A stretch of DNA of 64,000 bases from Lama guanicoe. Lineage: Eukaryota. Shown piece after piece: positions 49,361-62,205 of this stretch. The stretch spans positions 12,565,325-12,629,324 of the forward strand of contig MU054187.1 of assembly GCA_013239625.1 (NCBI GenBank), written 5' to 3'. Under the pieces are notes generated by a model, which made no database searches, had not been told where the DNA came from, and worked only from the letters and a program-made list of their open reading frames with translations. Position 1 is the first letter of the stretch. Each line of letters opens with the position of its first letter. The translations under genes were made by a program, and so were the position numbers.

Positions 49361-50209
49361 TACTAAGGCTTTTTGGGGTTAAGACATAGTTTCCAACAAG
49401 GCTCCATACGACTGTAAATGAGAAGCTTGGGGATAGGAAACCCTGTAAACATGTGCTATCACATTATTGTGGATTTTTTTCTTTCAGATTATCAGTGTTC
49501 AGAGCAGTGAGCTGAAGAGATGGGACAAGGGACAGGCACCTTTTGGAAGTGGGATATAGAACAGAGGGTTGCCATGAGCCCAAGCCCTGGCGAAAGGGGT
49601 CAAAGGAGAAGATGTACGGGTTAAGGGCTTCAAAGGTGAGGAATGGAGCCAGAGAAATAAAACTAGCAAACGTCACAATTAGTCAAGTCCTGGTTGTGCT
49701 GTATCAGCTCTGGTTTGGAGGCAACGAAAATGCCTGTTGAATTCTTGTTTTCCTTGGATTTCAATAGATTCTATAATTGAGAGAGAAGCAGTGTTCTCTT
49801 AGGGTCACTGAGCAGGCCGTGGGGGATGCGCGTTCCCTCGCTCTGTTCCTCTGTTTCAATATTGTAGTAATCAGGAACAGATACCATGAGAATGGTGAAA
49901 ATTACCAGCTAATGTTGACGCTGAATGAAATGTCGTGAGGTTTTTAACTGGTATCCCTTGTTTACATGTTCATGATTCTTCACTGTTACTGAAAATCATC
50001 TTCCCAGTTAGGGCTTGAAATCTCCTTGAATATCATTGCTGAGGCAGAAGTTCAGGCATTTGATGTTACCGTTAGTGACAAAAATTTCTGTTCCTTTAGA
50101 GAGGAACTTAAGTAGTGCCGAAAAGGACAGCTGATCTGGGATCAGGTACGATTATCGTTAATCTTTTTCAAGAGTTAATTATTGGATACATTCCTAAAGA
50201 AGAATAATA

Positions 50210-50630
50210 AGGCTGATAATAGATTTGTTGAGCACTTACTATGTTCCAGGTCCAGTGCAGAACAGTTTTATATTTCTGATCCCTTTTTATTCTCACAACC
50301 CTCCTATGTAATAAATATTGTTGCACCCATTTTATGGCAAAGTTGAGGCTTGGAGAAGGCATATATCAGATATTTTATAATTTTATTTTGTTAGGTAGTT
50401 ACCATTACCCTCTATTTCACAGGAAACAGGCTGCAAAAGACTCAGAATGAACGCTTACCGAATGCCTAGTATGTATCAGGCATTCTGTTAATAGCATTCC
50501 ATCATTATTTGATTTCATAACCTCATGACAACCCTGCCAGGTAGATGCCATTATCCCTACACTATAAATGAGAACACTGAGGCTCAGGGATGTAAGTAAT
50601 TGGCCCAAATTCATATATTCAGTGAACAAA
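50210..50630 (-). mobile_element. Two MIR SINEs (~50210-50360 and ~50450-50630)
   Basis: 'tttgttgagcacttactatgttccagg...cccattttatggcaaagttgaggct'; 'cctcatgacaaccctg...actgaggctcagggatgtaagtaattggccca'. Confidence 0.75.
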
Positions 50631-51009
50631 AACAAAACAAATTTGGGAGTCAGAAGCAGTCATGACTTCTCCTTAAAGCCCGTATTACCTCACAGATACA
50701 GTGTTCTCTCTCTGATACTTCATTTATCCCAGGCACAAAGTTAGAAATAGAGTGAAGTTTCTGTCTGTTCTTTCTGCTGCATCCTGCTGCTGCTGCTGTG
50801 CGGTTTTAGTTTGTTTCATCAGTGTGTCCTCTGCAAAGGTAGAGAAAACAGGTCAAGGGTTTGCTGTTTGCAAGACATTTTCAAATCCATGTGATTAAGC
50901 GACCTTGTATACTCCTTGTCGCTAGACTAAATACTGTGATAGCAAATCCTTTAACCTTCGCTTATAGATCAGCCTCTAGTATTTTCAGCCTCTGATATTT
51001 TCGCTTATC

Positions 51010-51366
51010 CTTTTTCATTGTGATAAAATAAAACGTCATGTTTCCCATTTAACCATTTTAAGTGTACAGTTCAGTAGTGTTAAGTATATTCACATTGTTG
51101 TGAAACAGATCTCTAGAACTTTTTCATCTTGCAAAACCGAAACTCGATATATACCCATTAAACTCTAATTCCCCCTGCCCCTAAGCTCTTGGCCACCACC
51201 TTTATACTTTCTGTTTCTGTGCATTTGACCGTACTTTAGAAACCTCATATAAGCGGAATCAAACAGTATTTGTCTTTTTGTGACTGGCTTATTTCACTTA
51301 GCGTAATGTCCTCAAGGTTTATCCACATTGTAGCATGTGACAGGAGTTCCTCCCTTTTTAAGGTTG
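51010..51366 (-). mobile_element. L1MB-type 3' end (similar to 3915-4270)
   Basis: 'aaccattttaagtgtacagttcagtagtgttaagtatattcacattgttgtg...gtagcatgtgacagga'. Confidence 0.85.
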
Positions 51367-51924
51367 CTTATCCTTCTAATTTTTTCACCTCCTGTTACTG
51401 TACATTAAAGAAAATAGCACACACAAAAAAGAATATAGCCCAAACTGGTCTATTCTGAGGGGCTGTTTCCTGACACAGAGATCCTGCCATATTCTTCAAG
51501 AGAAGAATGTTGCTCTGAAGAATGAACTGTGGATGAAACAATATGACCTAATTCCATATCTATAACAGTCTATGACTTGAAGATATACTGGCCAGATAGT
51601 GGGGAAAATTTCGTAGTCTAACTGTGTCCTGAATTTTGCCCGCACAGCTGTACCTACAATATAAAGAAGTATGCTTCCAAGGAATTTCACTAAAAAAGGG
51701 AATTTAACCTCTGTTTTGAAGGCTAAATTTATAGCTTTGTGCTTGGAAGGTAGTGTTTCTTTCTCTTTTCTTTTTATATACCACATGGAAAATACTTTCC
51801 CTGAGGGATAAAGACTCTCAGGAGATTTTAAGACTTGATGTTTAAATATGTGCTCAGATAAACCAATGTACTACATTTATGTCTGTTTTTCCTAAGCATA
51901 GGAGTCACCATCCCTATAATGAAC

Positions 51925-52031
51925 TTTTAAAAAATTGAAATAGTCAGTTACAATGTGACAGTTTCTGGTGTACAGCATGATCTCCCAGTCATGCATATAC
52001 ACACATAGATTCATTTTCATATTCTTTTTTT
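51925..52031 (-). mobile_element. Very short camelid-type L1 3' tail
   Basis: 'aattgaaatagtcagttacaatgtgacagtttctggtgtacagcat...ttcattttcatattcttttt', similar to 30798-30890. Confidence 0.75.
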
Positions 52032-52344
52032 ACCTCTAACAAAATTTTGTTAATACTTTCTGGAACATGAAGACCATTTTATGTTCAGGGTATTAGTGTA
52101 CTAGTTAGACAAAAACTGATAGTCTTGCAAAATGTGTTTGTCATCTATTTTGTTTCTCTTCTGTTTGTTTTTTTGAGATACCTTGCTCAGCTTCCTCAGG
52201 AGAGTTTTATATCTGTCTAATCAACGGAAAAAGCAGTCTGTTTTTCACAATGAAAAAGAAACTACCACTTGCTGAATAATTGTGTATGGCTTGGGGTAAG
52301 GCACAGTCCCTAAATTTCAGGGATATCTGTCCCTAAGAAGAGAG

Positions 52345-52363
52345 CCACCAGCAGATGGCAATC
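52345..52363 (+). promoter_or_regulatory. Candidate CTCF binding site
   Basis: CCACCAGCAGATGGCAATC contains the core CCAGCAGATGGCA; non-repeat context. Confidence 0.55.
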
Positions 52364-53129
52364 CCCCTACGTGGAATCTCCTTCCAGACAAATGGCAAGT
52401 ACCTAAGTAAGCTGATACCGCAGTGAAGTCACATGCCATTTCAGAGAAACCTGATAGCTTTGGCTGGGTAGGAACCCATTTAACATTATCTCTCAGCTAT
52501 TATCTCATCTCTTCGTTCCTTCAACTCGGCGTTTTGTGTACAGCATCCCAGAGGTCAAGCGTGGCTACTAGGCTGGGTACTTTGAACGTGGTCCCTGGGT
52601 TTGGTATTAGGCACAGACGTTTTTAACAAGCAAATTATGTTGACTGTTCTCCACAGTGACCTTGATGGGGCTATTTGCTGTGCTCGCCTCTGTGACCTCC
52701 TGAGCTTGGCTAGCCCATGTTTTGGGATGTTAAGCATTGAGTTACAGGAACTTCCGAGCAAACCTTAAGGCAGAGTGTGCTGCTGCTGTTTTATTTAAAT
52801 AAGAAATGTGGAGCTTTCTCCCCAACAACAACAACAAAAAAACCTGTGATCTTGAATGTGACGGGCTGGTTCAGCTGTCTTCATGCCCCGCCTTTCCTCT
52901 GTGGACTGGTCCTGGTGGTAGGCCTCTACAGGAAGTCTGCACTCTTTTACTTACAAAAATCCACCTGCACAGCACTGTAACCTTCCGGAAACTGATTGAG
53001 ATGTGGCAACTGTTAAGAAATTTGAGGCCTATGGCTGATACTTCTTGATTTTTAGGCATATTTTAAAATTTATTCTCTCTGTAGGAAATTTTCTCTGATC
53101 TTATACTTTTTCATATGTGTGTATATATG

Positions 53130-53400
53130 AAGAGGCTTTTGGCTGCAACAGAAAACCCATCTCAGATTAGTTTAAATAATAAGGCAATTTGTTATTTTCT
53201 ATAACAGAAAATCCCAAGATAAAACAATCTTCAGGGTTGGTTAGTTCAGTGGCTGAACAAGGTTACTGGATGCTAAGATTCTTCTGTATATCCAGTTTGT
53301 CATTCTTAGCTTTGGCTCTGTCCTTAGGTTCCTTCTTATGGTCATAATATGGCTTCAGGGAGTTCAGCGTCATCCAGGAGAAGAGACTCACTTCTTTACC
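53130..53400 (-). mobile_element. Old MLT1 (K-like) LTR fragment
   Basis: 'ttttggctgcaacagaaaaccc...cttcagggttggttagttcagtggct...atggtcataatatggct'. Confidence 0.6.
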
Positions 53401-53419
53401 TCCAACCCCCTGAGAAGCC

Positions 53420-54590
53420 TTTGCATCTTTGAACCCACAACTGACACTTTGTTAATGTCCCTCAATTTGAGCTTTTCAAATGTTTCTTCATGGTCAGGTT
53501 ATGCAGTTTTTGGCAATAATATTACAGAAGTGATGGTGTGCTTTCTCATTGCATTCCAGTTGGATGACACATTGTTGAGTTGCCCCTTTGCTGGTGATGC
53601 GAACTCTGATCACTTGATTACCATAGTGTCTCTCCCAGGAGTCTTCACTGTAAAGTTGCTTTTCTCCTTGTTTTCTGTTTTTTTGTGTGTGGAAATACTC
53701 TGAAACTCTGAAAATACCTGTTCCATACCTCACTTCACCCATTAGTTTTAGCATGCGTTGATGTATCATGCTTGACTTAATTTATTAATATGATGGTTTC
53801 TAAGTGATTTTTTTTTCTAATTCCATAATTTTTTCCTGTTTATAAGTAGAATTTTCTTTTCTCCCCATTTATTTATTTGTTTATTTATGTTGGTAGAGAC
53901 TCAGTGATTCCTATTTTATTCAATGCTTTGTAATCTGTTATTTTCATTATTATTTTGATGTTCAAATTGGCCCAGATTTGGCTTTAGTTGCCCCTTCAAG
54001 CTATCTTTTGTGTCCTTTTGATGCGTTTTCACTCTTTTAGCATTTCCTTACCTCTTGATGCCAAAATATGTTTCAGGCTCATCTTGCACTTTCCTTGCCC
54101 AGCCCTGGATTCAGCCATTCCTCCAAGAAGTTCTAGTTTCTTTTGGCCCCAAACTGGGTGCTAGTTGTGCTCGTTGCTATTGGGATGCTGCTGTTCCCAG
54201 GCCAGAGCTAAAAAATACACATAAGTACACATATCCCTTTATGTCTATATTTGTGTATTTTGAAACTGTGAGTTCACACTGATAATGCCAATTCCAATCC
54301 AATACCATGAGGTTCGTCTCAGTCGTTGAGAACATTGGCTCCCATTATGATCAATATATTTACTCACTTGCTCAGTAAGTAATTATGTTGCCAATTACTG
54401 ACCTTGTAAGACTGTCCCTGCTTCCCTACTCCACTACCACCTTCACAGGGGCTGTCGCTGTGACACCTGGTGCCAACACCATCTTTAAGGGGCAATATTA
54501 CTGAACTGCTCAGACTGCCTTTTGTCCCCAGCTCTGATGTCACCCTCCTATAGGTTACCATTACTGTCCTGATGGGGTCTGCCACTTAGA
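53420..54590 (-). mobile_element. L1MC3/4-type 3' UTR fossil
   Basis: 'tcaggttatgcagtttttggcaataatattacagaagtgatg...ttgatgttcaaattggcccagatttgg...caggctcatcttgcactttccttgcccagccctggattcagccatt'. Confidence 0.8.
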
Positions 54591-54949
54591 CTAAAGAGGG
54601 AGAGCAGAAAGGAAGGAAGAAAAGAGGAAGAATGAAGACTTAAGAGATTGTGGTTTGAAATAAATAAAGGGGATTTTAACTATCATTAGAGTTAGGATGT
54701 ATGCCCATGGTTATCTATTCTTCACTAGTCTAGTTTTTTTTTAAGTTTCATGTTTAAATGTAGTTTAACAGAAAATTAGTATAATCCTTTCTTTAAAATA
54801 GAAATATTCAGACTTAAAATACTATTTTAAAAAAAACCCACTGAAAATATTTGCATGTCCCCTGAATTTGGCATATGAAGTCACACGTACACTTAATATA
54901 AACAGATTAATTAAGGCTTCCACCATGAATATCTTAAAAGTAAGTATGG

Positions 54950-55172
54950 CATGTGTTCTGATTTAAATTGCCTGAGTTGCCTCTTGTATGACTTTGATTA
55001 AGTTACTTAAACTCTATATTCCTTAGTTTCCTCGTCTGTAAAATATGAGTAGTAATAGTACTTATCTTTCAGAATGATTTTGAGAACTACATGAGTTGAT
55101 AAAGTCCTTGGAATAATACCTGATACTTAGTAAACAGTATCGTAATTGTTGCTGCTGTTATTTTATTATTCT
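54950..55172 (+). mobile_element. MIR SINE
   Basis: 'tgtatgactttgattaagttacttaaactctatattccttagtttcctcgtctgtaaaat'. Confidence 0.75.
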
Positions 55173-55606
55173 TATTTGTATTGCTGTATCTCTTTTCCAA
55201 TATTTGTCATGTGAATGTTTACTATCATGCCTCTAACTTCTTTAGAAGTTGCCTAACTTTCTCTAGACTTTATTTATAGTATTTCTTTTTTTTTAAAATA
55301 TGAACTAGTGATAAATTCTCCTCCTCTTCATACTTCTGCAAAGGCATTCTCTTGGCAGTTACTCAGTCTAGCCTCCTCACCCCCATAACTCTATTTCACC
55401 TTTTTTCCCCCTCTTGCTTGTGTAGAAATATCTTACCCAAGTTCTAAGGGCTTTGTGGAATCTAGAACTTCAGAAGATCAAATAGTTCTTTTATGGGCTC
55501 TGGATTTGCCTGTGTGACCTTATGACAGTTGCTCAACTACTCTGAGACCCAAGTTCTTTATAAGATGAAATGAAGTAGTGTTGCTTCATAGGGCTACTGT
55601 ATGGTT

Positions 55607-57132
55607 GGTTGCTTGGTTGGCTGATTTATTTGTTTCACTTAAAAATTTAGATATAATCGACATATAACATTATATTATTTTCAGGTGTAGAACTTAATGG
55701 TTTGATATTTGTATGTATTGTAAAATGGTCACCACAATAAGTCTAGTTAATATCCATCACCATACATTGTTACAAAATTTTTTTCTTATGTTAAAAACTT
55801 TTAAGACTTACTCTTAGCAACTTTCAAATATACAACACAAGTGTTATTAACTGTCGTCATCATGCTGTACATTACAACCCCATGACTTATATATTTTATA
55901 ACACCTATTTTACCTCCCTATCCCCGGCCTCAGGCAACCACCTATCTGTTTCCTGTATCCATGAATGAGCTCAGTTTTTGTTTATTTGGTTGGTTTTTTT
56001 TAGCTTCCATATATAAGTAAGATCATATGTTATTTTTCTTTCTCTGTCTGACTTATTTCACTTAGCATGATGCCCTCAAGTTCTATCCATGTTGTCACAA
56101 TGGCAAGATTTCATTATGTTTTATGACTGAATAGTATCCCATTGAAAATGTATACCATATTTTCTTTATACATTCATCCATTGATGGACAATTAGGTTGC
56201 CTCCATATCTTGGATATTGTAAGTAATGCTGCAGTGAACATAAGGGTACATATATCTTTTCAAATTAGTGTTTCTGTTTTCTTTGGATGAATACCCAGAG
56301 GTGAAATTGCTAGATCACGTGGCAGTTCTGTTTTTAATTTTTTGAGAAAATTCTGTCCTGGTTTCCATAGTGGCTGCACCAATTTATATTCCAAACAATG
56401 GTGTACAAAAGTTACTTTTTCTATATATCCTTGCCAACACTTGTTATTTCTTGACTTTTTGATAATAACCATTCTGATAGGTGTGAGATGATATCTCACT
56501 GTAGTTTTGATTTGAATTTCCCTGATTGTTAGTGATGTTGTGCACTTTTCATGTGCCTGTTGGCCATCTGTATGCCTTTGGGAAAATGTCTAGATTCTCT
56601 GCCCGTTTTTTAATCAGATTTTTTTTTGTTTTGCTATTGAGTTATATGAGTTCTTTTTATATTGTGAATATTAACCTCTTATCAGATATAGGATTGCAAA
56701 TATTTTCTTCTATTCTGTATGTTGTCTTTTCATTTTGTTGATGGTACCCTTTGCTGTGCAGAAGCTTTTTAGTTTGATATAGTCCCCCTTGTTTATTTTT
56801 GCTTCTGTTGCCTTTGCTTTGGTGTCAAATCCAAAAAATCATTGCTAAGACTGATGTCAAGGAGCTTACTGCCTATGTTTTCGTCTAGGAATTTTATGGT
56901 TTCAGCTCTTACATTCAAGTCTCAGATTAATTTTGAGTTAATTTTTGTGTATTGTGTATGGACCCAGTTTCACTTTTTTGCATACATCTGTCTAGTTTTC
57001 CCAACACTGTTAATTGGAGAGACTGTCCTTTCCCCATTTTATACCCTTGGATCATTTGTCATAAATTAATTGACCATATGTATGTGGGTTTATTTCTGGG
57101 CTCTTTATTCTGTTTCATTGATCTATGTGTGT
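55607..57132 (-). mobile_element. L1MA9-like LINE-1 (1.5 kb 3' portion) inserted into a MIR (~55495-55606 and ~57133-57210)
   Basis: ORF-track MRYHLTPIRMVIIKKSRNNKCW is the L1 ORF2 C-terminus; degenerate TSD tactgtatggtt (55595-55606) / tactatgtggtt (57133-57144); MIR halves are contiguous across the insertion. Confidence 0.9.
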
Positions 57133-57444
57133 TACTATGTGGTTTAAATGAGACAATTTGCTAAAGCGCTTAACACAGTGCTCAAAAAATTTTAGCGATA
57201 ATGTTGATTATGATACCAAATTGGAGGAGTTGATTCTGACCTTTACTTTGACTTTCTTCTCTTTTCTTGGATGCCTTTCTTCCACATCTTAAGTATTTGC
57301 TCTAATGCTGAGAAGATGGATATATGCAGCTTCAAACAGTTGTTGGTTAGTAGTCTCTGTAAAAAAAAACCCTGAAATTTTGGTTGTTTGAGAGTGATGT
57401 GATGAATTTAGAATTGTGGAATTTGAGACTGACAACTGTTGAAA

Positions 57445-57705
57445 GCCAGTATAATGTTTCTAAGGGCATAGACTCTGGAGCCAGTCTGCCTGGGTTTCAA
57501 CCCGAGTTCTTCCACTTGCTAGTTGTGTGACCTTGGAAAAGTTACTTAATCTCCATGTGTATCAGTTTCCTCATCTGTAAAGTGGGGTTGATGATAAAAT
57601 GCCTATTTCACAAGACTGTTATGAGAATTCACCAAGTTAAAATATGTGAAAATACTTAGACTGGTGTCTAGCATTTAGTAAGAACTGTTTATATGTTAGC
57701 CATTG
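57445..57705 (+). mobile_element. Near full-length MIR SINE
   Basis: 'gactctggagccagtctgcctgggtttcaacccgag...tgtgaccttggaaaagttacttaa...cagtttcctcatctgtaaagtggg'. Confidence 0.88.
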
Positions 57706-57835
57706 AACTGCTGATATGTAATGGCCTATGAGCATCAGAGGTTTCCTGTGACCACAACCAAGTCACTCTTATTTCCTGTTGTTTAGACTCTCTTTTCCTT
57801 TGTGTGTAGGAAGTTGAATTTTTGTAGTATACATA

Positions 57836-57886
57836 TTACATATGTATTACAGTTACAGATGTATTACAATTACATATGCATTACAA
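57836..57886 (+). repeat. 3 x 17-bp tandem repeat
   Basis: ttacatatgtattacag / ttacagatgtattacaa / ttacatatgcattacaa. Confidence 0.85.
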
Positions 57887-58482
57887 CTATATTATGTATA
57901 TAATCTAGTTTTCTTACTTATCCATTCTACTGATACATGATTGATGGTTTGCAGAGTGGGAGAGACCTTTTCTCTTTAGCCTCTACCCATATGAACAAGT
58001 GAGATGGGAGTGGAACCAAAGCATGTCACTGATGTGATTCACTGGAGGATGTCTGGATGGCTGAGAAGCAGTGATGGGTACCTCTCCTTTCCTCCATGTG
58101 ACCCAGATGCTTAAAGAGCCGTGGAGAACTGAGTCAGCTGAATGTTTTGGCTCAGTCCATCTTGTTTGTAGCATAAACCCCCACATAGTCTCTTAAATCA
58201 CTGGTCCTTTATTTTCCCTGCCAAGCTGATTAATGCACCTGAGGTTAGAGTTTTTTATTTTAGACTCAAAGTCACTAGCAAAAGAGATGTTTTATTTGAA
58301 GAGGTATTGCGATATTTTGATGTAATACCTATTTTTTGAAAAGTTTTTTTGTTTGTTTATTTGTTTCAGATCCATTGGGCCAGTACAGATTAGGCTTTGA
58401 ATATGATTGCTTTTTAAAACATAGATTATACTTAATATCTGTTCAGATTTTTCTTAGAAGCAGCATGATATGATAAAAAGAA

Positions 58483-59680
58483 CATTCATTCAGTAAACAA
58501 ATATATATTAAGCTTCTAATAAATGCCAGCCAACTGTGCTGGGTGAAGAGGAAGTATGTGTATACACACACACATTGCCTCTCCCCATTCCTTGATGAAA
58601 ATATATTTCTTCTTTTACAACTTACATCTGGTGGAGAGACAGACATTAATCTAAGAATCATGTAATTAAAAGAATAATTATAACTAGGGGAAGAACATGG
58701 TGTTGAAAGAATGTGTATTCGGAGAAACCTGTCTACCTAGAGAGGCCAAGGAAGGCTGCCTGGAGGCAGTGGCATTTGAGCCGAGATCTGAAGGATAAGC
58801 AGGAGATAACCCTACAGAGCCATGAGGGAGTGAAGAAAGGTGAATATTCTAGTCAGGGGCATAGTGTATGCAAAGGTCTATGGCAGGAAGGAGCATGAAT
58901 TGTTTGAAGAGCAGGAAGAGGGTGAGTGTTGTCATAGTTCAGAGACAAGGAGGAGTGTGGTGACATCATGAGGCTGTAGATTTAGGTAGGAGACAGAGGG
59001 TTGGGTCTTGTGGGCATGTTAAGCACTTGTGTTATCCCAAGTTTGCTGGAAAAGGACCTCTCAGCTGTTGAGAGAAGCTTAGGCCATGGCTTATGGTGTA
59101 TGAAAAAAAAAAAAAGAAGAAATGCTAAAAAAGGGCTAATAATTAGGGCTTTAATTTTAATATTCTCAATATATAAAAATACAATTCAGTACAAATATGC
59201 TATTCACAAGATAATTACAGAACTTACTAAAAAAATCAGTTGAAAGCATACTGCAGGTGGTGCAGGTTGGTAATGAGACCTTGATTTGAAGTTGTATGAT
59301 GAGCATCTCTTCCCTGGCCCTGTGTCTCTGTGACTATAGTGTGTACATTCTCACTTGGAGGTAGGGCCAAACTTTCTGTCTGTAGCTCTTCATGAATGTG
59401 AGGCCACATGGCCTTTTATGATAGGCTCTGAAGAAGGAACTATTGAAATACTGCAAACAAGGGAAAGTGATGTAGTCAGACCTGCAGACAAACAAACAAA
59501 CAAACAAACAAACAAACAAACAAACCACTCATTGTAAACTGACTAGATTTTAAAGAGGACAGTGAGAATTTGGAAAGATCAGTTAGACAATTGGAGTAGT
59601 CTTGACAGGAGATGCGAGAGGCATGTACTAGGGCGATGGCAATGGAGCTTGAATGAAACAGATTGTTTTAGTCTTTGTTT
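58483..59680 (-). mobile_element. L2 LINE fragments, with (CAAA)n at ~59488-59525
   Basis: 'cattcattcagtaaac...ggaaggctgcctggaggcagtggcatttgagccgagatctgaagga...gtatgcaaaggtctatggcagg'. Confidence 0.75.
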
Positions 59681-61166
59681 AGATTGAAATGTACAGAACA
59701 ACCATAATTTTGGACTTTATAGAATAATGTCCCCATATTGGTGTTAGAATTAGGTAACTTGACTGAAAGGTAAGCAAAAATCTCTAAATTACACCAGTAT
59801 AGTGATTCTTTTTTTCCCCCACATAATAATGTCTTTTCATATTCACATATCTGGATATATTTTAAACTTTTCATTTTCCAAACAGCTTTTGCTTGTATGA
59901 ACAGTCACTTGAGTATGGAAATAACACAGTTTGCACGTGTTAATACTTACACTGTGGCTTTGTTTTTAATGCAGAAATTGCTAGCAAACATTTATTGAGC
60001 ACCTGCTATGTACCTGGTAATAAAGGATTTTAGTTTACGATCTGTAAATTTGTATTTTTCTCTACAATCTTATAACATTATGATACTTATGAAACAAATT
60101 TAAGCTATTTCAACTTAGTTTTAAATAACTCAAAGATTGAAAGTACGAAAATGTAAAAGGAAAAAGAAGTTAAGTTCCTTATTTCTTGAATATTGTGTGG
60201 CAAATGCCCTGTTTTAAGAATCCTCTTAGCCTTTTCACCCTGCTTTCCCACTGTGTGCCCAGAATAATTGATTATCCATGTATGATTCTACAAGCATTGC
60301 AGCAAAAAGGCAGAAAACAATGGACAAAGATAATGAAATTTCACATTTTGTTTTGCCTACCCTTTTTCTTTCAAACTAACCTAAGTTAATAAAACTTCAC
60401 GTAAAAGCCTTTGAAATTTCATCATGGGTTTTGTGGAAGAGGTGAAAGTTGACCTCGAAGTGCTTGACCTGTAGCTTGGCAGCTACTGAAAGTCTAGCCT
60501 CATAATTCAGAGGTCCAGTGGCAGCTTTGCCTGTAAACTCAGGTCTTCATTTCACTGACATTTTCAGGTTTATTCTCCTTGAAAATGCTAACAAAAGTGA
60601 AGCATATCATTTCTCTACTTGGGATAGCAGTGGTGATGTTTATGGAACCGTTTGCTGTCTCAGGGGTAATCTCCCGGATAATTTGGATTAACCTTATCAG
60701 GTCTCTAGATACCACATTACCCAGGGTGGATGATCTCCAGAATAACCTTTCCAGATCTAAAAGTTTTAACCTCAGCACCATGTTTTATTAAAAAACTTTC
60801 AACAGAAATTCATTGAAAACTATCCAGCGCGGCTTATTTCAACCCTTTCGGTCTGAAGTAGCCTTTATCCAGGCAAGAAAACATAATATCTTCCGTGAAT
60901 AATTCTAATTAGAAAGTGGGACATCCTGACGTCTTCCGTTTAGTTTTTCACAGGACAGTTTCTATGTATCAAAGTGTCGTTCTCCCCATATTTGTTCAGG
61001 TTTTGAAATTGATTATGTGGGAAAAAAAAAGGGAGGAGTGCTTTTGTTAGTTTATTTGCTGGTAGAAAGAGTTTACTTAAAGGAGTGAAGAATTTTCCCC
61101 AAGGAAGAATTTGTCTTTTCGACTGACAACAGAGAGAGTCTTTTATTTGTATTGATTGAAAGTCCT

Positions 61167-61196
61167 TGTGTGTGAGTGAGTGTGTGTGTGTGTGTG
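61167..61196 (+). repeat. (TG)n microsatellite
   Basis: tgtgtgtgagtgagtgtgtgtgtgtgtgt. Confidence 0.9.
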
Positions 61197-61959
61197 TTCA
61201 TAGGAAAGAGGGAATTTAGATTCCTTCCCAAACTGGGATCAACCCTGAAATTCTTTCCCACTCAAGACAGCTACATCCTAATAAAGCTTGCTCTTTTAAA
61301 ATCTAATTTTATATTACTAACAATTACTTTTTAGTGTTATAAGGCTAGAGCTTATATTTCCAGTGCAAGGCTATAAATTTCATTGTCTCAAAATTAAAAA
61401 ATAGAAAAATAAAATAAACTAACAGTTGTAATTGCAATTAGGTGAGAAGGTGAGCCCAGGTGATTCACTGCATATATGTGGAAAATCTTCATCTGATCTG
61501 AATGAGCTTTAAGTGGTGGAACAGAGCAGGGGTGGCTGATAAAACTAACGTCCTATCTGTAATGCCCTATCTGTTGGAGTACTTCATGGTCTTAATCTAA
61601 AGGGATAAGAGAAGAAAAATTCACTTTGCTTTCTTCATCTTGAAAATGGGCCTGTGCTTCTGAAAGTGAGCGGTCTATAAATCTTTACCCAGTGCACATT
61701 AATGTATCTCTAAAAATGAGACTCTGAAAGTAAGCACTTGAGATTGACCATGAGAAAACGGCTGCAGTTGAAGTCTTGTGACGTCAGTGATGCTAGTTAG
61801 GGTGCTTTTTCACATGGAGGGTCAAGGGAAAGTATTGAGGTTGTCTTACTAAAAAAATAAGGTCTTACTGCTGATTTACTTTATAAAATAGCCTAACCTG
61901 GTCAAAGTAAAATCTCCAACAATTTAACATTAGAAGGGATGGGTAAAACCCCTCTCAAG

Positions 61960-62205
61960 ATAATAATAGTTTCTATTACCCTGAGAGTTTCTTTTGTGCT
62001 AGATCCTTTGAATGTATGTAGTCTCGTTAATCCTCACAACGCTGTGAGGTGTATATTGTCATCTCCATTTTACAGAGGAGGAAAACTGAGACTCAGGAGA
62101 CCAAGGTATTTGACTAAGTGCACCCATCTGGGTTAAAATTCCACAGTGGAAGAGCTGTGATTGGAACCGGATCTGTGTCTGGTCTGTCTTCTTTCCACTA
62201 TATAT
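61960..62205 (-). mobile_element. MIR SINE
   Basis: 'aatcctcacaacgctgtgagg...ccattttacagaggaggaaaactgagactcag'. Confidence 0.85.

Noticed and set aside
60539..60791. Overlapping antiparallel 70-80 aa ORFs, one with a hydrophobic stretch
   Set aside because: No recognisable homology or supported exon structure, and the annotated starts are not ATG; such lengths arise by chance.
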